A stretch of 64,000 nucleotides of DNA from the NCBI GenBank assembly GCA_947627795.1, contig CANQXJ010000006.1, positions 1,277 to 65,276 of the forward strand. Direction: 5' to 3'. The notes under the pieces are model-generated. The model saw nothing but the letters and a program-made list of their open reading frames with translations. It was not told the origin of the DNA and did no database searches. Position numbers and translations under genes: made by a program. The DNA is from an uncultured Clostridia bacterium. GTDB lineage: Bacteria > Bacillota > Clostridia > UBA1381. Positions 9,679 to 20,719 of this stretch are shown here, piece by piece (the stretch's first letter is position 1; each line of letters starts with the position of its first letter).

Positions 9679-10149
9679 TTATTTGCCGAGAGCCGCCTTT
9701 ATGTCGTTTTCAAGCGTTGCTTTGTCTGACATCGTAAATTCGAGCGCCGAAATATTATTCGCTGTGTCAAGCATTATCAGCGCCGGAGTTTGTCCCGCCA
9801 CGGGGAAGTTTTCCGCCGCCTCCGGATTTTCATCTATGTTCGTAATTTGGAAATTAACCTTGCCCTCATACGCGTCCTGAAGCTCCTGTACTACCTTCAT
9901 CTCAGTATCATAATCCGCGTCCTTCGCCGATACAAAATACATAAACGTAGGTGTTACATTCTCATTTTCCGCAGGTACCTCCGCGTCCTCCGGCTTTGAT
10001 TCGTCTTTTACCTCCACCGAATCGGCAATTTCCATCCCTGTAGGACCGTCCGCGCCGCCTATAACGTCGCCGTCTTTGCCGCCGCATGCCGCAAGTGCGG
10101 GAATTACCATCATTGCCGCCAAAATTGCCGAAATTATTTTCTTATTCAT
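9679..10149 (-). CDS. Lipoprotein with thioredoxin-like fold lacking a CxxC motif
   Basis: Lipobox signal [24 protein letters not shown]. Trx-like C-terminal part ([39 protein letters not shown]) with no CxxC. Its start overlaps the trmFO stop by 8 nt. Confidence 0.6.
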   Translation of the reverse strand: MNKKIISAILAAMMVIPALAACGGKDGDVIGGADGPTGMEIADSVEVKDESKPEDAEVPAENENVTPTFMYFVSAKDADYDTEMKVVQELQDAYEGKVNFQITNIDENPEAAENFPVAGQTPALIMLDTANNISALEFTMSDKATLENDIKAALGK

Positions 10150-11464
10150 CGTTCTCTTTCTCCTTTTCGTTTTTTATTATTTCAAGCGCTCTCTGCGCTA
10201 TTTTTGCGTATCTCTCCTGTTTTTTTCGGATTCTTTCCGAAAGCCCCTCCATAATGCCGAAATTCGCGTTCATGGGCTGCAGCTTTGTTATGCTTTTATC
10301 CGAAATATACAGCGGCAGCGAGCCTATAGCCGTGCGTCTGTCCGGCTCGTGCATAGGCTTTCCCGCGATAAGCGCAGCCATGTTGTACCCCGCCAAAATG
10401 CCGCTCGACGCGGATTCGACGTAGCCCTCCACACCGGTGATTTGTCCGGCGAAGAAAACCTTCGGATATTTTTCCGTCTGATAATATTTGTTAAGCACCC
10501 TCGGTGCGTCGATATACGTGTTTCTGTGCATCACGCCGTAACGCGCGAACTCCGCGTTTTCAAGTCCCGGTATCATAGAGAATACTTTTTTCTGCTCGCC
10601 GAATTTCAGATTCGTCTGAAATCCCACAATATTATAAAGCGTGCCCTCCTTGTTGTCCTGCCGAAGCTGAACCACCGCGTACGAATCGTCCTTGCCGGTT
10701 TTCGGATTCACAAGCCCCACAGGCTTTAACGGTCCGAATGTCAGCGTTTCAAATCCGCGTTTCGCCATAACCTCGACCGGCATACAGCCCTCGAATACCT
10801 TCTGATTTTCAAACGCCTTTAACGGCACGGTTTCCGCGTTTATGAGCGCGTTGTAAAACTCCGTGTACTCGTCCTTAGTCATCGGACAGTTTACATAATC
10901 CGCCGTGCCTCTATCATATCTCGCGGCTTTAAACGCGCGCGTCATGTCAATGCTTTCGGCTGTGACAATTGGGGCGGCAGCGTCGTAGAAATAGAGCGAT
11001 TCGCCGCCTGTTAATTCCGCAATCGCCTCCGCAAGTCCGTCCGAGGTTAGCGGACCTGTCGCGATTATCGTGTATTCGTCGGGATCAATTCGCGTGATCT
11101 CACCGCTAACCACGGTGACAAGCGGGTGATTTCTGAGCTTTTCCGTTATGTAGTCCGAAAAAATCTCCCTGTCCACCGCCAGCGCGCCGCCCGCCGGTAC
11201 GCGGCTTATATCGGCGGCTTCCATCATTATCGAGCCGAACAGCCGCATTTCCTCTTTAAGCAGTCCGCAGGCGTTTTCGATTCTTTCGGCTTTGAGCGAA
11301 TTGGAGCAGACAAGCTCCGCAAAGTTTTCACTCGTGTGCGCGGGAGAAAACCTTTTCGGCTTCATCTCGCAGAGCGTGACGTGTATGCCGCGCTTTACGA
11401 GCTGCCATGCCGCCTCGCAGCCCGCAAGCCCCGCGCCTATGATTTTTACGTTTATTTCTGTCAT
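10142..11464 (-). CDS. trmFO: Methylenetetrahydrofolate--tRNA-(uracil-5)-methyltransferase TrmFO (Gid)
   Basis: N-terminal FAD motif [15 protein letters not shown], 440 aa, and the classic dprA-topA-trmFO gene order. Confidence 0.9.
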   Translation of the reverse strand: MTEINVKIIGAGLAGCEAAWQLVKRGIHVTLCEMKPKRFSPAHTSENFAELVCSNSLKAERIENACGLLKEEMRLFGSIMMEAADISRVPAGGALAVDREIFSDYITEKLRNHPLVTVVSGEITRIDPDEYTIIATGPLTSDGLAEAIAELTGGESLYFYDAAAPIVTAESIDMTRAFKAARYDRGTADYVNCPMTKDEYTEFYNALINAETVPLKAFENQKVFEGCMPVEVMAKRGFETLTFGPLKPVGLVNPKTGKDDSYAVVQLRQDNKEGTLYNIVGFQTNLKFGEQKKVFSMIPGLENAEFARYGVMHRNTYIDAPRVLNKYYQTEKYPKVFFAGQITGVEGYVESASSGILAGYNMAALIAGKPMHEPDRRTAIGSLPLYISDKSITKLQPMNANFGIMEGLSERIRKKQERYAKIAQRALEIIKNEKEKENDE

Positions 11465-13572
11465 TTCGTTTCAGTCTTTTTTTCACTCGTTATTTTGCGC
11501 TCGTAATTGCAGTCCTCGTTTAGACAATAAATTTTTCTGCCGCGTCCCTCTTTTTTCATGAGCAGTCCGCCGCATTTCGGGCAGCGCTCGTCTTTGAGCG
11601 GTCTGTCCCACGCCATGAAATCGCACTTGGGAAGATGCTCGCACGCGTAGTAAATTTTGCCCTTTCTCGAGCGTTTTACAAGTATCTCGCCGCCGCATTT
11701 CGGGCACATCGCGCCCGTTCCCTCGCGAATAGGCTTTGTGTTCCTGCACTCCGGGTAACCGGGACACGCGAGGAATTTTCCGAATTTGCTCAGCTTATAC
11801 ACCATTCTGCGTCCGCATTTCTCGCATATAACGTCCGATTCCTCGTCCTTTATTTTTATCTTCTCAACATTCTTTATCGCGCTTTCGAGGTTCTTTTCAA
11901 ACGGCGGATAGAAATCGCTCAATACCTTTTTCCATTCAACCTCGCCGTCCTCGACCTCGTCAAGCTCATTTTCCATTCCGGCTGTGAAATCAACGTCCAC
12001 TATATCCGAAAAGTTGTTCTTCATAATATCGGTCGTCACCATGCCAAGCTCCGTCGGGATAAGCTGACGCTTGCTTCTCGACACGTAGCCGCGCGAAACG
12101 ATCGTCGAAATAGTGGGCGCGTAGGTGGAAGGTCTGCCGATGCCGTTTTCCTCAAGCTCCTTTATGAGCGTCGCGTCGGTGAAACGGGGAGGCGGCTGCG
12201 TGAAGTGCTGCTTCTCCTCCAAGTCTTTAAGCTCCAGCTTCTCCTTTTCGGTGAGCAATGCCAAAACCTTATCCGATTTGCTTTTTTCCGTTTTCGTGTC
12301 GGTCGCTTCCTCATAGACGAGCGTGAAGCCCTTGAATTTTATCGCCGAGCCGCTCGCGCGGAAGGTGTGTCCCTTCGCGTCTATCGAAACCTGAACGGTA
12401 TCGTAAACCGCGTTTGCCATCTGGCTCGCCGCGAAACGCTCCCAAATGAGCTTATACAGCCTGTACTGGTCGTTTGTCAGCTTGTCCTTAATATCAATCG
12501 GTTTTATATTTATCGACGTGGGACGAATAGCCTCATGCGCGTCCTGCGCGTCCTTTTTCGCCTTGTATTTGCGCGGCTCTACATATTCGCTGCCGTAGTT
12601 TTCCGTCAAAAACGCTATCGCTTCTCTCTGCGCGTCGTCGGCGATTCTTAAAGAATCCGTACGCATATACGTAATAAGACCGACTGTGCCGAGCTTTCCG
12701 CCGAGGTTCACGCCCTCGTAAAGAGTCTGCGCGATCTGCATTGTTTTCGCCGCCTGGAAATTGAATTTACGCGACGCATCCTGTTGGAGCGTGCTCGTGG
12801 TAAACGCCGGCTGCGGCTTTCTCGTCTGTGTGCCGCGTTTTATTGAATCAACGATAAATTCCGCGTCACGCAAATCGTCGGTCACCTTTTTCGTTTCCTC
12901 GGCGTTACAGAGCTTAGTTTCCTTTCCGTTCTCGCCGTAATACTTCGCGATAAAGCTCTTTTTCGACTTTGTATCCGTAAGCTCCGCTTCGATCGACCAG
13001 TATTCCTCCGGCGTGAAGTTTTCGATTTCCTCCTCGCGGTCGCATATGAGCCTCGTCGCCACGGACTGCACGCGTCCGGCGCTCAAGCCCTTTTTAACCT
13101 TTTCCCACAAAATCGGGCTTATCTTATAGCCCACGATCCTGTCCAAGATCCTGCGCGCCTGCTGAGCGTTCACAAGATCCATATCAATGCTTCTCGGCTC
13201 TTTAATAGCGCTTTTCACAGCCGATTTTGTAATCTCGTTAAACGTCACTCTGCACTTCGAGGACGCGTCTATATTGAGTGCTCTCGCCAAGTGCCAGCTT
13301 ATCGCCTCGCCCTCGCGGTCGGGGTCAGTCGCGAGATAGATTTTATCCGCCTTTTTCGCTTCCTTTTTAAGCTGCGTCAGAAGCTCGCCCTTGCCGCGTA
13401 TCGTTATATACCTCGGCTCGAAGCCGTTTTCAACGTCCACGCCGAGCTGGCTTTTCGGAAGGTCGATAATATGTCCCATCGACGCGAGAACCTTGTAATC
13501 GCTTCCGAGATATTTCTTTATCGTGCCCGCCTTTGCGGGTGATTCTACAATTAAAAGCTTTTTTGCCGCCAT
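11461..13572 (-). CDS. topA: DNA topoisomerase I
   Basis: TOPRIM N-terminus [20 protein letters not shown]-terminal repeated Cys4 zinc ribbons ([29 protein letters not shown]). 703 aa. Confidence 0.95.
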   Translation of the reverse strand: MAAKKLLIVESPAKAGTIKKYLGSDYKVLASMGHIIDLPKSQLGVDVENGFEPRYITIRGKGELLTQLKKEAKKADKIYLATDPDREGEAISWHLARALNIDASSKCRVTFNEITKSAVKSAIKEPRSIDMDLVNAQQARRILDRIVGYKISPILWEKVKKGLSAGRVQSVATRLICDREEEIENFTPEEYWSIEAELTDTKSKKSFIAKYYGENGKETKLCNAEETKKVTDDLRDAEFIVDSIKRGTQTRKPQPAFTTSTLQQDASRKFNFQAAKTMQIAQTLYEGVNLGGKLGTVGLITYMRTDSLRIADDAQREAIAFLTENYGSEYVEPRKYKAKKDAQDAHEAIRPTSINIKPIDIKDKLTNDQYRLYKLIWERFAASQMANAVYDTVQVSIDAKGHTFRASGSAIKFKGFTLVYEEATDTKTEKSKSDKVLALLTEKEKLELKDLEEKQHFTQPPPRFTDATLIKELEENGIGRPSTYAPTISTIVSRGYVSRSKRQLIPTELGMVTTDIMKNNFSDIVDVDFTAGMENELDEVEDGEVEWKKVLSDFYPPFEKNLESAIKNVEKIKIKDEESDVICEKCGRRMVYKLSKFGKFLACPGYPECRNTKPIREGTGAMCPKCGGEILVKRSRKGKIYYACEHLPKCDFMAWDRPLKDERCPKCGGLLMKKEGRGRKIYCLNEDCNYERKITSEKKTETK

Positions 13573-13590
13573 AATTTCCTCCGTACTACT

Positions 13591-14775
13591 TTATTTTATT
13601 TCAAACCGGTTGCCCGGCAGTCTTTTCAAAACCGATTTAAGCTCAAGCATGGTCAGCGCCGCGTTCAGGCGAAACACCGGAGTATTAAGCTCGCGTGAAA
13701 GTTCGTCAGCGCTCATGCCCTTTTTCTCAATTGCAGTAACAATTTTCCTCTCAATATCACTGAGATTTTTATATTTTTCATCTGCTTTTGCAGATTTTTG
13801 TACAATTTTTGTTTCCGTACGCGGAAGCGCCGATCTCTTCGGCGGCGCCGCTGTTATATCCGTCAGCTTATCCGCGGTGCTCCTCCATTCGGTCTGCGCG
13901 CTCTCATGCGGAGCGCCGCCCAAATCATCTATAATATACTCAGCCCTGTTTATCAGCTTCGCTTTGCGCTGAATAACCGTGGTTTCGCCGTCATAGCTTT
14001 CGTGAAAAACGCCGCCCGGAACAGCGTAAAGCCGTCTGCCGACATTAAGCGCTTCCCTCGCCGTAATCAAGCTTCCGCTGCCCTCCGCAGCCTCGGTAAC
14101 AAGCACGCCTTTCGAAAGACCGGCAATAATTCTGTTTCGCTGCGGAAACTTCCATCGGCTCGGCGGTGAGCCCGGCGGATATTCCGAAATAACGCAGCCG
14201 TTTCTGCATATTTCGTTATACAGCGAGGCGTTTGTTCTCGGATAAATCACATCGATACCGCTGCCGAGCACCGCTATTGTTTTGCCGCCCGCGTCAATCG
14301 CCGCCCATGCGGCAGCCGAGTCTATGCCGTCCGCCATACCGCTGACAATTGTAACACCGTTATTTACGAGATTCGCGCATAAATCACGCGTCACCGTTTT
14401 GCCGTATTGACTGCATTTTCTCGTCCCCACCACGCTTATCATGAATAAGCTGTTCCAGTTCGGAATCATGCCTCTGATATATAATACGTGCGGCGGTTTC
14501 GGAATATTACGGAGCGCGTCGGGATAATCCGGGCTGTCAATCGGAACTGCAGCCGCGCCCAGCTCATTGACACGCTCATTTATTTTAATCGCGTCTGTAA
14601 GCCGTTTGTCGGCAAGCTCCGCAATGAGTTTTATATCCAGTCCTCCCGCTTCGGAATAATCCGCGGCATTGTAAACGCCTTCCACCGAGCCGAAATGCTC
14701 AATGAGCCTTTCCGCCTTCAGCGGCGTCATTCTGTTTTTTAGTGTTAGCCACAGCCAGTATAAAATGTGTTCCAT
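13591..14775 (-). CDS. dprA: DNA-processing protein DprA (Smf)
   Basis: Rossmann-like core VSGMADGIDSAAAWAAIDAGGKTIAVLGSGIDVIYP and a C-terminal winged-helix-like tail. It sits upstream of topA. Confidence 0.9.
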   Translation of the reverse strand: MEHILYWLWLTLKNRMTPLKAERLIEHFGSVEGVYNAADYSEAGGLDIKLIAELADKRLTDAIKINERVNELGAAAVPIDSPDYPDALRNIPKPPHVLYIRGMIPNWNSLFMISVVGTRKCSQYGKTVTRDLCANLVNNGVTIVSGMADGIDSAAAWAAIDAGGKTIAVLGSGIDVIYPRTNASLYNEICRNGCVISEYPPGSPPSRWKFPQRNRIIAGLSKGVLVTEAAEGSGSLITAREALNVGRRLYAVPGGVFHESYDGETTVIQRKAKLINRAEYIIDDLGGAPHESAQTEWRSTADKLTDITAAPPKRSALPRTETKIVQKSAKADEKYKNLSDIERKIVTAIEKKGMSADELSRELNTPVFRLNAALTMLELKSVLKRLPGNRFEIK

Positions 14776-14919
14776 ATTTATCCGCCTCCGTAACCGTCTT
14801 TTCTTACCGTACTACAAAATTCCGAATTTGTCAACCCCTTTTTTCGCTGCCAAATCATCCGCTCTGTAACATATCTATTGTAAACAAGCAAGATTACAGT
14901 GCTGAAAAATACACAGCAA

Positions 14920-14949
14920 CAAAAAAGAACTGTGTATGATTACAGTTCT
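14920..14949 (-). terminator. Intrinsic terminator after the DUF421/DUF4363 pair
   Basis: Stem AGAACTGT / ACAGTTCT with TTTTTT following on the minus strand. Confidence 0.6.
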
Positions 14950-15008
14950 GAAGTCAAGCTGCATATTGGACATGGATATTGATTATGACCGTGCGTTGCC
15001 TGACAATT

Positions 15009-15389
15009 TTACAATATATTTTCAATCCTAACTCTATAATCCTGCGGTAAATGGCGGAATAAAAAATCAAGCACCTGACAGCGCGACAGCGCGTCGGTTT
15101 TCATTTGCCCTACGGAAAACCGTTTCAGCTCCGCCAAATATATCTGTATGTTGTCAAGTTCCTGATGATTTCCCGTTGTCGCGAGTATTTCACGCTGTTC
15201 TTCCAAATACTCGTCAAGCTCCTGTATCTTTTCGTCCGCTTCGCCGTACTGCTCGTTTTCTATCCGCTCCGTCACCGCGTCGTTTATCGCAATCAGCTTG
15301 TCGGAAATTGTTTCGAGCCTGTGCGTGTACATGATACTTCCCGCGATTACGACTGCGGCTATTATTATCGAAACAATAAATGACTTCAT
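15009..15389 (-). CDS. DUF4363-like small membrane-anchored protein
   Basis: N-terminal TM helix followed by a helical acidic domain. It lies immediately downstream of a DUF421 gene, which is the usual pairing. Confidence 0.55.
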   Translation of the reverse strand: MKSFIVSIIIAAVVIAGSIMYTHRLETISDKLIAINDAVTERIENEQYGEADEKIQELDEYLEEQREILATTGNHQELDNIQIYLAELKRFSVGQMKTDALSRCQVLDFLFRHLPQDYRVRIENIL

Positions 15390-15392
15390 CGC

Positions 15393-16073
15393 TTATTTTC
15401 CTTCCTTCTTCTGCAAAAATAACTCGCCCTCCGCGTCTATTGACGCTATAAACACATCCTTGATCCGCTCTATTCCCTGACGTTTGAGCGCTTCCTCAAG
15501 CCATTTTTCGCTTTTTCCGCTCCTTTGAAACTCCGATTTGTTAAGCTTTCCGTCCGATATAATAGTGCACGGAAGCCCCTCGTGTCTGGGGTTTTTTACC
15601 TTCATATCCTCTACCGTCACGCCGCGCGCGTCGTCCTTCGGGATTACGCTGAGCTTTCCGCTCGTCTCGATTACAGCCACCGCAACGTCCGATATGTCAT
15701 GACAGTTATTAAGCCGCAGCTCCTCCAGCAAATCGTCCACGTTAAAGCGCAGCCGCGCAAGCTCCTTTTCGTTTATATGTCCGTTGTACACAACTATGCT
15801 CGGCTCGCCCGAGAGGAATTTGCGCACCGCCTTACTTTTAAGGCTCAGATACGACATCGTAACCTCCGCGAATATCAGCGTCAGTACCGGTATTATGCCG
15901 GTTATGATAGGTATGTCAATCGCCTGCATCGGCACGGCGGCAAGGTCTGAAATCATAATCGCGACCACCAGCTCCGACGGCTGAAGTTCGCCGAGCTGGC
16001 GTTTACCCATTATTCTCAGCGACACGATTACCGTCGCGTAAAGAAGCAGCGTGCGTATAACAAGTATGAGCAT
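15393..16073 (-). CDS. DUF421 (YetF/YrbG-like) membrane protein
   Basis: Strings MGKRQLGELQPSELVVAIMISDLA and a C-terminal soluble domain, typical of the YetF family. Confidence 0.7.
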   Translation of the reverse strand: MLILVIRTLLLYATVIVSLRIMGKRQLGELQPSELVVAIMISDLAAVPMQAIDIPIITGIIPVLTLIFAEVTMSYLSLKSKAVRKFLSGEPSIVVYNGHINEKELARLRFNVDDLLEELRLNNCHDISDVAVAVIETSGKLSVIPKDDARGVTVEDMKVKNPRHEGLPCTIISDGKLNKSEFQRSGKSEKWLEEALKRQGIERIKDVFIASIDAEGELFLQKKEGK

Positions 16074-16188
16074 CTTATCCCTCCAAGCTCCCGAAACGGC
16101 TTTTTATGTATTATTTCCGCTTTCTCCGATATTATGCCGTTCAATATATATAAATTCAATAAAAATTTACATATCACGTAATTTATAT

Positions 16189-16217
16189 TTGATTTATCAC
16201 TAAGCCTGTGATACAAT
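16189..16217 (+). promoter_or_regulatory. SigA-type promoter for the 886-aa orphan gene
   Basis: TTGATT - 17 nt - TACAAT. Confidence 0.5.
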
Positions 16218-16255
16218 TTATTTATATATTGGATTTTTAACAAGAGGTGTTAAAA

Positions 16256-18916
16256 TTGAAAAAATCGGTAAAATTACATTGGCTTAAGGGCCGCTCGAAG
16301 GGCGGGTACGTAACATTCGGCGTGCCTTGGAAAAAGGGTGAGAGAACCGGCGAGGTGTCGTATTTCCCGCACGTTCCAGACGGCAGCACGGTCATGTGGC
16401 AGGAAAAGCCCTTGGCGTACTACTCGGACGGCAGCGTTAAATGGAGCTCATACACGGCGAAGATCGACGCGGACTCATTGGAGCTTCGCAATTACGGCTG
16501 CGAGGCGGAATACGGCGGAAACGAAATCGAGGAAACCGACAGCAAAATCACCGTCAACAACGGTGCGTTCACGGCTGTGTTCCCGAAATCCGGCACGGTC
16601 GTAATGAAAACTCCGTACGCCAACGCGGCTTTAAAGGTTATAAAGGAGCGGCGCTTGGAGGAAAACGGCGTTGAAATAAGCAAGGCTATCCCCTACGCCG
16701 GCGAGATCGCGGCGGCGGAGGTCGAGGACGGCGGCGCGCTTAAAACGGTGATTAAAGTAACCGGAGAGCATAAGAGCGCCGACGGAGACGAATTCCTGCG
16801 ATTTGTTGTCCGCTTCACAATTCACTACGAGGAAAAATCAATACAAGTGATGCACACGTTCCTCTTCGACGGCGATGAGAGCGTTGACTTTATAAAGGGC
16901 GTGGGACTGGAGCTTACGCGAAAAATGGAGGGCGAGCTTTACAACCGCCGCATTAAAATCACCGGCGACTACGGCGTTCTTCATGAGCCGATGCAGATTT
17001 TGAATTTATGGCGTCCGCGCACGGGTCCGTCCATAGGCTTCCAGCCGACCTTAACGGATCAGCTCAGCGGCACTCCGGTGGATATAAGCAAGCTGTTTGA
17101 CTACAGAAGCGGCAATCCCGTGAAGAAATCGGACATAGACAACGTAACCCAGTGGGACAGCTACCGCATACAGCAGACAAGCGCCGACAGCTTTATCGTA
17201 AAAAAGCGCACCGCAAAGCCGCAATGCGCGTATATTAAGGCTAACTGGGGCAAGCGCTCGAAGGGACTTATGTACATAGCCGACGAAAAGACAGGTCTTG
17301 CGGTTGCGATGCGTAATTTCTGGCAGAAATATCCGTCGTCGCTCTACGCGGAAGGGCTTACAAAGGATACTGCGAAGCTTACGGCATGGATCATGCCGCC
17401 CGACGCGGAGGCTATCGATATGCGCCATTACGATACAGTGGCGCACGATCAGACATATTACGAGGGTTTCCCCGAAATCGGCGCGTGCGCGTACGGTATC
17501 GCCAATACAAACGAAATGACGATTTTCATGTTCGACGATATTCCGTCGGACGACAATATAATGGCGCTTGCGGAGCGCGTTCAGAAGCCGCCCGTGCTTG
17601 TCGCCGATCCGGAGTATTACCACGAGGTAAAGGCTCTCGGCACATGGGCGCTCGTTGACCGCAGCACGCCGCTCAAAACATGGTTTGAGGACGAGCTTGA
17701 CAAGGCGTTTGACTTCTACAAAAACGAAGTCGAGCAGCGCCACTGGTACGGCTTATGGGACTATGGCGATTTCATGCACACCTACGACGCGCAGCGCCAC
17801 TGCTGGAAGTATGACCTTGGCGGATACGCGTGGCAGAACACGGAGCTTGTTCCGACGCTTTGGCTGTGGTACTCGTTCCTTCGCACCGGCAGAGAGGATA
17901 TATTCACCGTAGCCGAGGCTATGAGCCGCCACACGTCCGAGGTCGATACGTATCACTTCGGCGATTTAAAGGGACTGGGCAGCCGCCACAACGTCGTTCA
18001 CTGGGGCGACGCGTGCAAAGAGCCGAGAATAGGCATGGCGGGACATCACAGAGCGATGTACTATTTGCTCGGCGGCGATCCTCGTATCGGCGATGTGTTT
18101 GACGACGTTAAGGACGCGGATTTCGCGACGCTCAAAAAAGACCCGCTGCGCTACGCGTATATGGGCAAGGAAAAGAAAATGCCGACGCACGCGAGAAGCG
18201 GTCCGGACTGGTCAACGTACTGCTCGAACTGGTTCACTCAGTGGGAAACGAAGCGGGATGAGTATTACAAGAGCAAGCTTATAGTGGGGTTGAGCGATAT
18301 AAAGAAATCTCCGATGCGCCTTATTTCGGGTTCTAACTACGAATACGATCCGGCTTCCGGGCACCTCGGCTACATAGGAGAATCCGCCGCGGGAGGCTCT
18401 CACCTCGCGGTATGCATGGGCGGTCCTCAAACGTGGATGGAAATAGCGGACGACTTCGACGACGCGGAGCTTCGCGATATGCTTAGGGAATACGGCGAAT
18501 TCTACTATATGTCGCCGGAGGACAAGGTAAAGGCTTCGAAGGGCATAATTAATCCCGGCGGCTTTGAATATCCGTATATGGCTTCGACCTTGGCGGCGTA
18601 CGCGGCGAAGGAGAAAAGCAACGACAGGCTCGCATATAAGACATGGCAGGTTCTTATTTACTCGCTCACGAACAAGACGCGCGTGGATAATTTTGACGCG
18701 GACAAGGTAAAGAACTATTTCAACACAAAATCGCTTAACGAGCTGTTTTGGATTTCGACCAACTTTACGGCTCAATGGTGCATGAACACGATTGTGGTTC
18801 TCGACCTTATCGGCGATAAGATGCTTGATAAAGAAAGCGATTACGAATGGGCTGACTGGGTTCGATACAGCTCTGTTACAAACGTTAAGCAAATGAAAAA
18901 ACCGGATGATAAATAA
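16256..18916 (+). CDS. Large cytoplasmic protein of unknown function (possibly an (alpha/alpha)6-type carbohydrate-active enzyme; YetA/PL26-like is only a guess)
   Basis: Long uninterrupted ORF with no signal peptide and a Trp/Tyr-rich core (WYGLWDYGDFMHTYDAQRHCWKYDLGGYAWQNTELVPTLWLWYSFLRTGREDIF). AAGAGG RBS 8 nt before the TTG at 16256; the GTG at 16247 overlaps the RBS. Confidence 0.7.
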   Translation: MKKSVKLHWLKGRSKGGYVTFGVPWKKGERTGEVSYFPHVPDGSTVMWQEKPLAYYSDGSVKWSSYTAKIDADSLELRNYGCEAEYGGNEIEETDSKITVNNGAFTAVFPKSGTVVMKTPYANAALKVIKERRLEENGVEISKAIPYAGEIAAAEVEDGGALKTVIKVTGEHKSADGDEFLRFVVRFTIHYEEKSIQVMHTFLFDGDESVDFIKGVGLELTRKMEGELYNRRIKITGDYGVLHEPMQILNLWRPRTGPSIGFQPTLTDQLSGTPVDISKLFDYRSGNPVKKSDIDNVTQWDSYRIQQTSADSFIVKKRTAKPQCAYIKANWGKRSKGLMYIADEKTGLAVAMRNFWQKYPSSLYAEGLTKDTAKLTAWIMPPDAEAIDMRHYDTVAHDQTYYEGFPEIGACAYGIANTNEMTIFMFDDIPSDDNIMALAERVQKPPVLVADPEYYHEVKALGTWALVDRSTPLKTWFEDELDKAFDFYKNEVEQRHWYGLWDYGDFMHTYDAQRHCWKYDLGGYAWQNTELVPTLWLWYSFLRTGREDIFTVAEAMSRHTSEVDTYHFGDLKGLGSRHNVVHWGDACKEPRIGMAGHHRAMYYLLGGDPRIGDVFDDVKDADFATLKKDPLRYAYMGKEKKMPTHARSGPDWSTYCSNWFTQWETKRDEYYKSKLIVGLSDIKKSPMRLISGSNYEYDPASGHLGYIGESAAGGSHLAVCMGGPQTWMEIADDFDDAELRDMLREYGEFYYMSPEDKVKASKGIINPGGFEYPYMASTLAAYAAKEKSNDRLAYKTWQVLIYSLTNKTRVDNFDADKVKNYFNTKSLNELFWISTNFTAQWCMNTIVVLDLIGDKMLDKESDYEWADWVRYSSVTNVKQMKKPDDK

Positions 18917-18920
18917 AACG

Positions 18921-18953
18921 AATTGCGGGCGGATAAAACGTCCGCAATTTTTA
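18921..18953 (+). terminator. Intrinsic terminator after the orphan gene
   Basis: Stem AATTGCGG / CCGCAATT followed by TTTTTA. Confidence 0.6.
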
Positions 18954-19044
18954 TTTAGCGCATTATAAAACAAATTAATATGCGCCCCCAAAGATTAACC
19001 GCCTTCGGAAGCGCATATCGTGAAATAATAATTTCTATTCTGAA

Positions 19045-19944
19045 TTATTCAGCCGGAACTCCGCCCTCTATTACAAGCTCTTCTTCGTAGTCAAGTCCGT
19101 ATGTGTCCGCGAGAGTTGCTTCGTAGTCGGCATGGAAGAATTTCTCCGAGCCGAGAGCCGCGATCTCGTCGTTAAGCCAGCCAAGAACGCTCTCGTTGCC
19201 CTTCGATACCGCCGGAGCTATCGTGTCCTTGCTGCCGAGCGTCGGGATACCTACGGTGTAGCCTGTCGTCGACAGCGAGTACGCTATGACCTCGGTGTTG
19301 TCGTTCGCCCACGCAGCCGCGCTGCCGTTTTCAAGCGCACTCTTCGCGTTCGCGTATGTGTCGTATTTCTGCAGCTTGATGTCGGGATAGTTCTGCGTTA
19401 GATATGTCTCCGCCGTTGTGCCGGAAATTACTATCATCTCATCGTCCGCGTTCCACTCATCAAGCGATGTGACCGGAGCGCTTTCCGGCGAAACAACGCC
19501 GAGCGATACGTTCATGTACGGAAGCGCGAAATCTACTTCCTCCGCTCTTTCGGGCGTTACCGTGAAGTTCGCGAGAACTATGTCAACCTTGCCGGTCTTA
19601 AGATACTCTATTCTGTTCGCCGCCTCGGTCGATACGAAGTTTACTTTAACTCCCAAATCCTCGCCTATGCGCTTCGCGAAATATACGTCGTAGCCCTGGT
19701 ACTCGCTGTTTTCGTCAACGTAGCCGAACGGGTGCTTGTCGGAAAATACGCCGATATTTATCTCGCCGCTTTCTTTTATCTCGTCGATGGTGCGGTAAAC
19801 GCCTTCCGCTGCCGTGTCGTCAACATATACCTCGTTTCCCTTCGGCTCGCTCTGTCCGCTGCCGCCGCAGGACGCGAGCCCGAGCGCCGCCGTAAGCGTG
19901 AGCGCGATTGCTGTGATCAACTTCATTTTCTTAATTTTCTTCAT
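19045..19944 (-). CDS. Amino-acid ABC transporter substrate-binding lipoprotein
   Basis: Lipobox LTAALGLASCGG. Family-3 SBP-like sequence. Last gene of a four-gene ABC operon. Confidence 0.85.
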   Translation of the reverse strand: MKKIKKMKLITAIALTLTAALGLASCGGSGQSEPKGNEVYVDDTAAEGVYRTIDEIKESGEINIGVFSDKHPFGYVDENSEYQGYDVYFAKRIGEDLGVKVNFVSTEAANRIEYLKTGKVDIVLANFTVTPERAEEVDFALPYMNVSLGVVSPESAPVTSLDEWNADDEMIVISGTTAETYLTQNYPDIKLQKYDTYANAKSALENGSAAAWANDNTEVIAYSLSTTGYTVGIPTLGSKDTIAPAVSKGNESVLGWLNDEIAALGSEKFFHADYEATLADTYGLDYEEELVIEGGVPAE

Positions 19945-19968
19945 TTTTATTACTCCTCTCAGATTTTT

Positions 19969-20715
19969 TTATTCTCTTTCAAAACTGAAAATATTTAAAA
20001 ATTGTTTTGCTCTTTCCGTTTTCGGATTTTCAAAGAACGTTTCGGGATCCGCGTCCTCGATGATTTTTCCGCTTTCGAGGAACAGCACCCTGTCCGCTAT
20101 GGCTTTCGCGAACTGCATCTCGTGCGTTACGATGATCATCGTCATTCCGCGCTTCGCAAGCCCCAGCATAACGTCAAGCACCTCGCGCACCATTTCCGGA
20201 TCGAGCGCCGCCGTTACCTCGTCGAACAGCATCATTTCGGGACGCATACACAAGGCGCGCACTATCGCCACGCGCTGCTTCTGTCCACCCGAGAGCTGCC
20301 TCGGATAGCTTTTCGCCTTATCCTCAAGCCCTACGCGCTTTAAAAGCTCCATCGCTTCTTTTGTAACCTCGTCCTTTTTGCGCTTCTGCGCCTTTGTCGG
20401 CGCTAAAAGTATGTTGTCGAGGACGTTTAAATGAGGGAACAAATCGTAGCTCTGGAATACCATTCCTATCCGCTGCCTGAGCGCTGACAGGTTTTTGCTG
20501 CCGTATACTATCTCGTCGCCGTTGATCGTGATTTTGCCGCCTTGGATAGGCTCGAGCGCATTTATACAGCGCAGCATCGTGCTCTTTCCGCAGCCCGACG
20601 GTCCTACTACGACTATTACCTCGCCCTTATGTACGGTAAAGCTTATATCGTCGAGGACGGTGTTATCGTCGAAGCGCTTTGTCAGATGCTCGATTTTTAA
20701 TAATTCCTCAGCCAT
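19969..20715 (-). CDS. Amino-acid ABC transporter ATP-binding protein
   Basis: Walker A GPSGCGKST, signature LSGGQKQRVAI, Walker B MLFDEVTAALD. Start chosen at the ATG at 20715 (GGGGGTGA RBS) rather than the upstream extension. Confidence 0.9.
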   Translation of the reverse strand: MAEELLKIEHLTKRFDDNTVLDDISFTVHKGEVIVVVGPSGCGKSTMLRCINALEPIQGGKITINGDEIVYGSKNLSALRQRIGMVFQSYDLFPHLNVLDNILLAPTKAQKRKKDEVTKEAMELLKRVGLEDKAKSYPRQLSGGQKQRVAIVRALCMRPEMMLFDEVTAALDPEMVREVLDVMLGLAKRGMTMIIVTHEMQFAKAIADRVLFLESGKIIEDADPETFFENPKTERAKQFLNIFSFERE

Positions 20716-20719
20716 TCGT

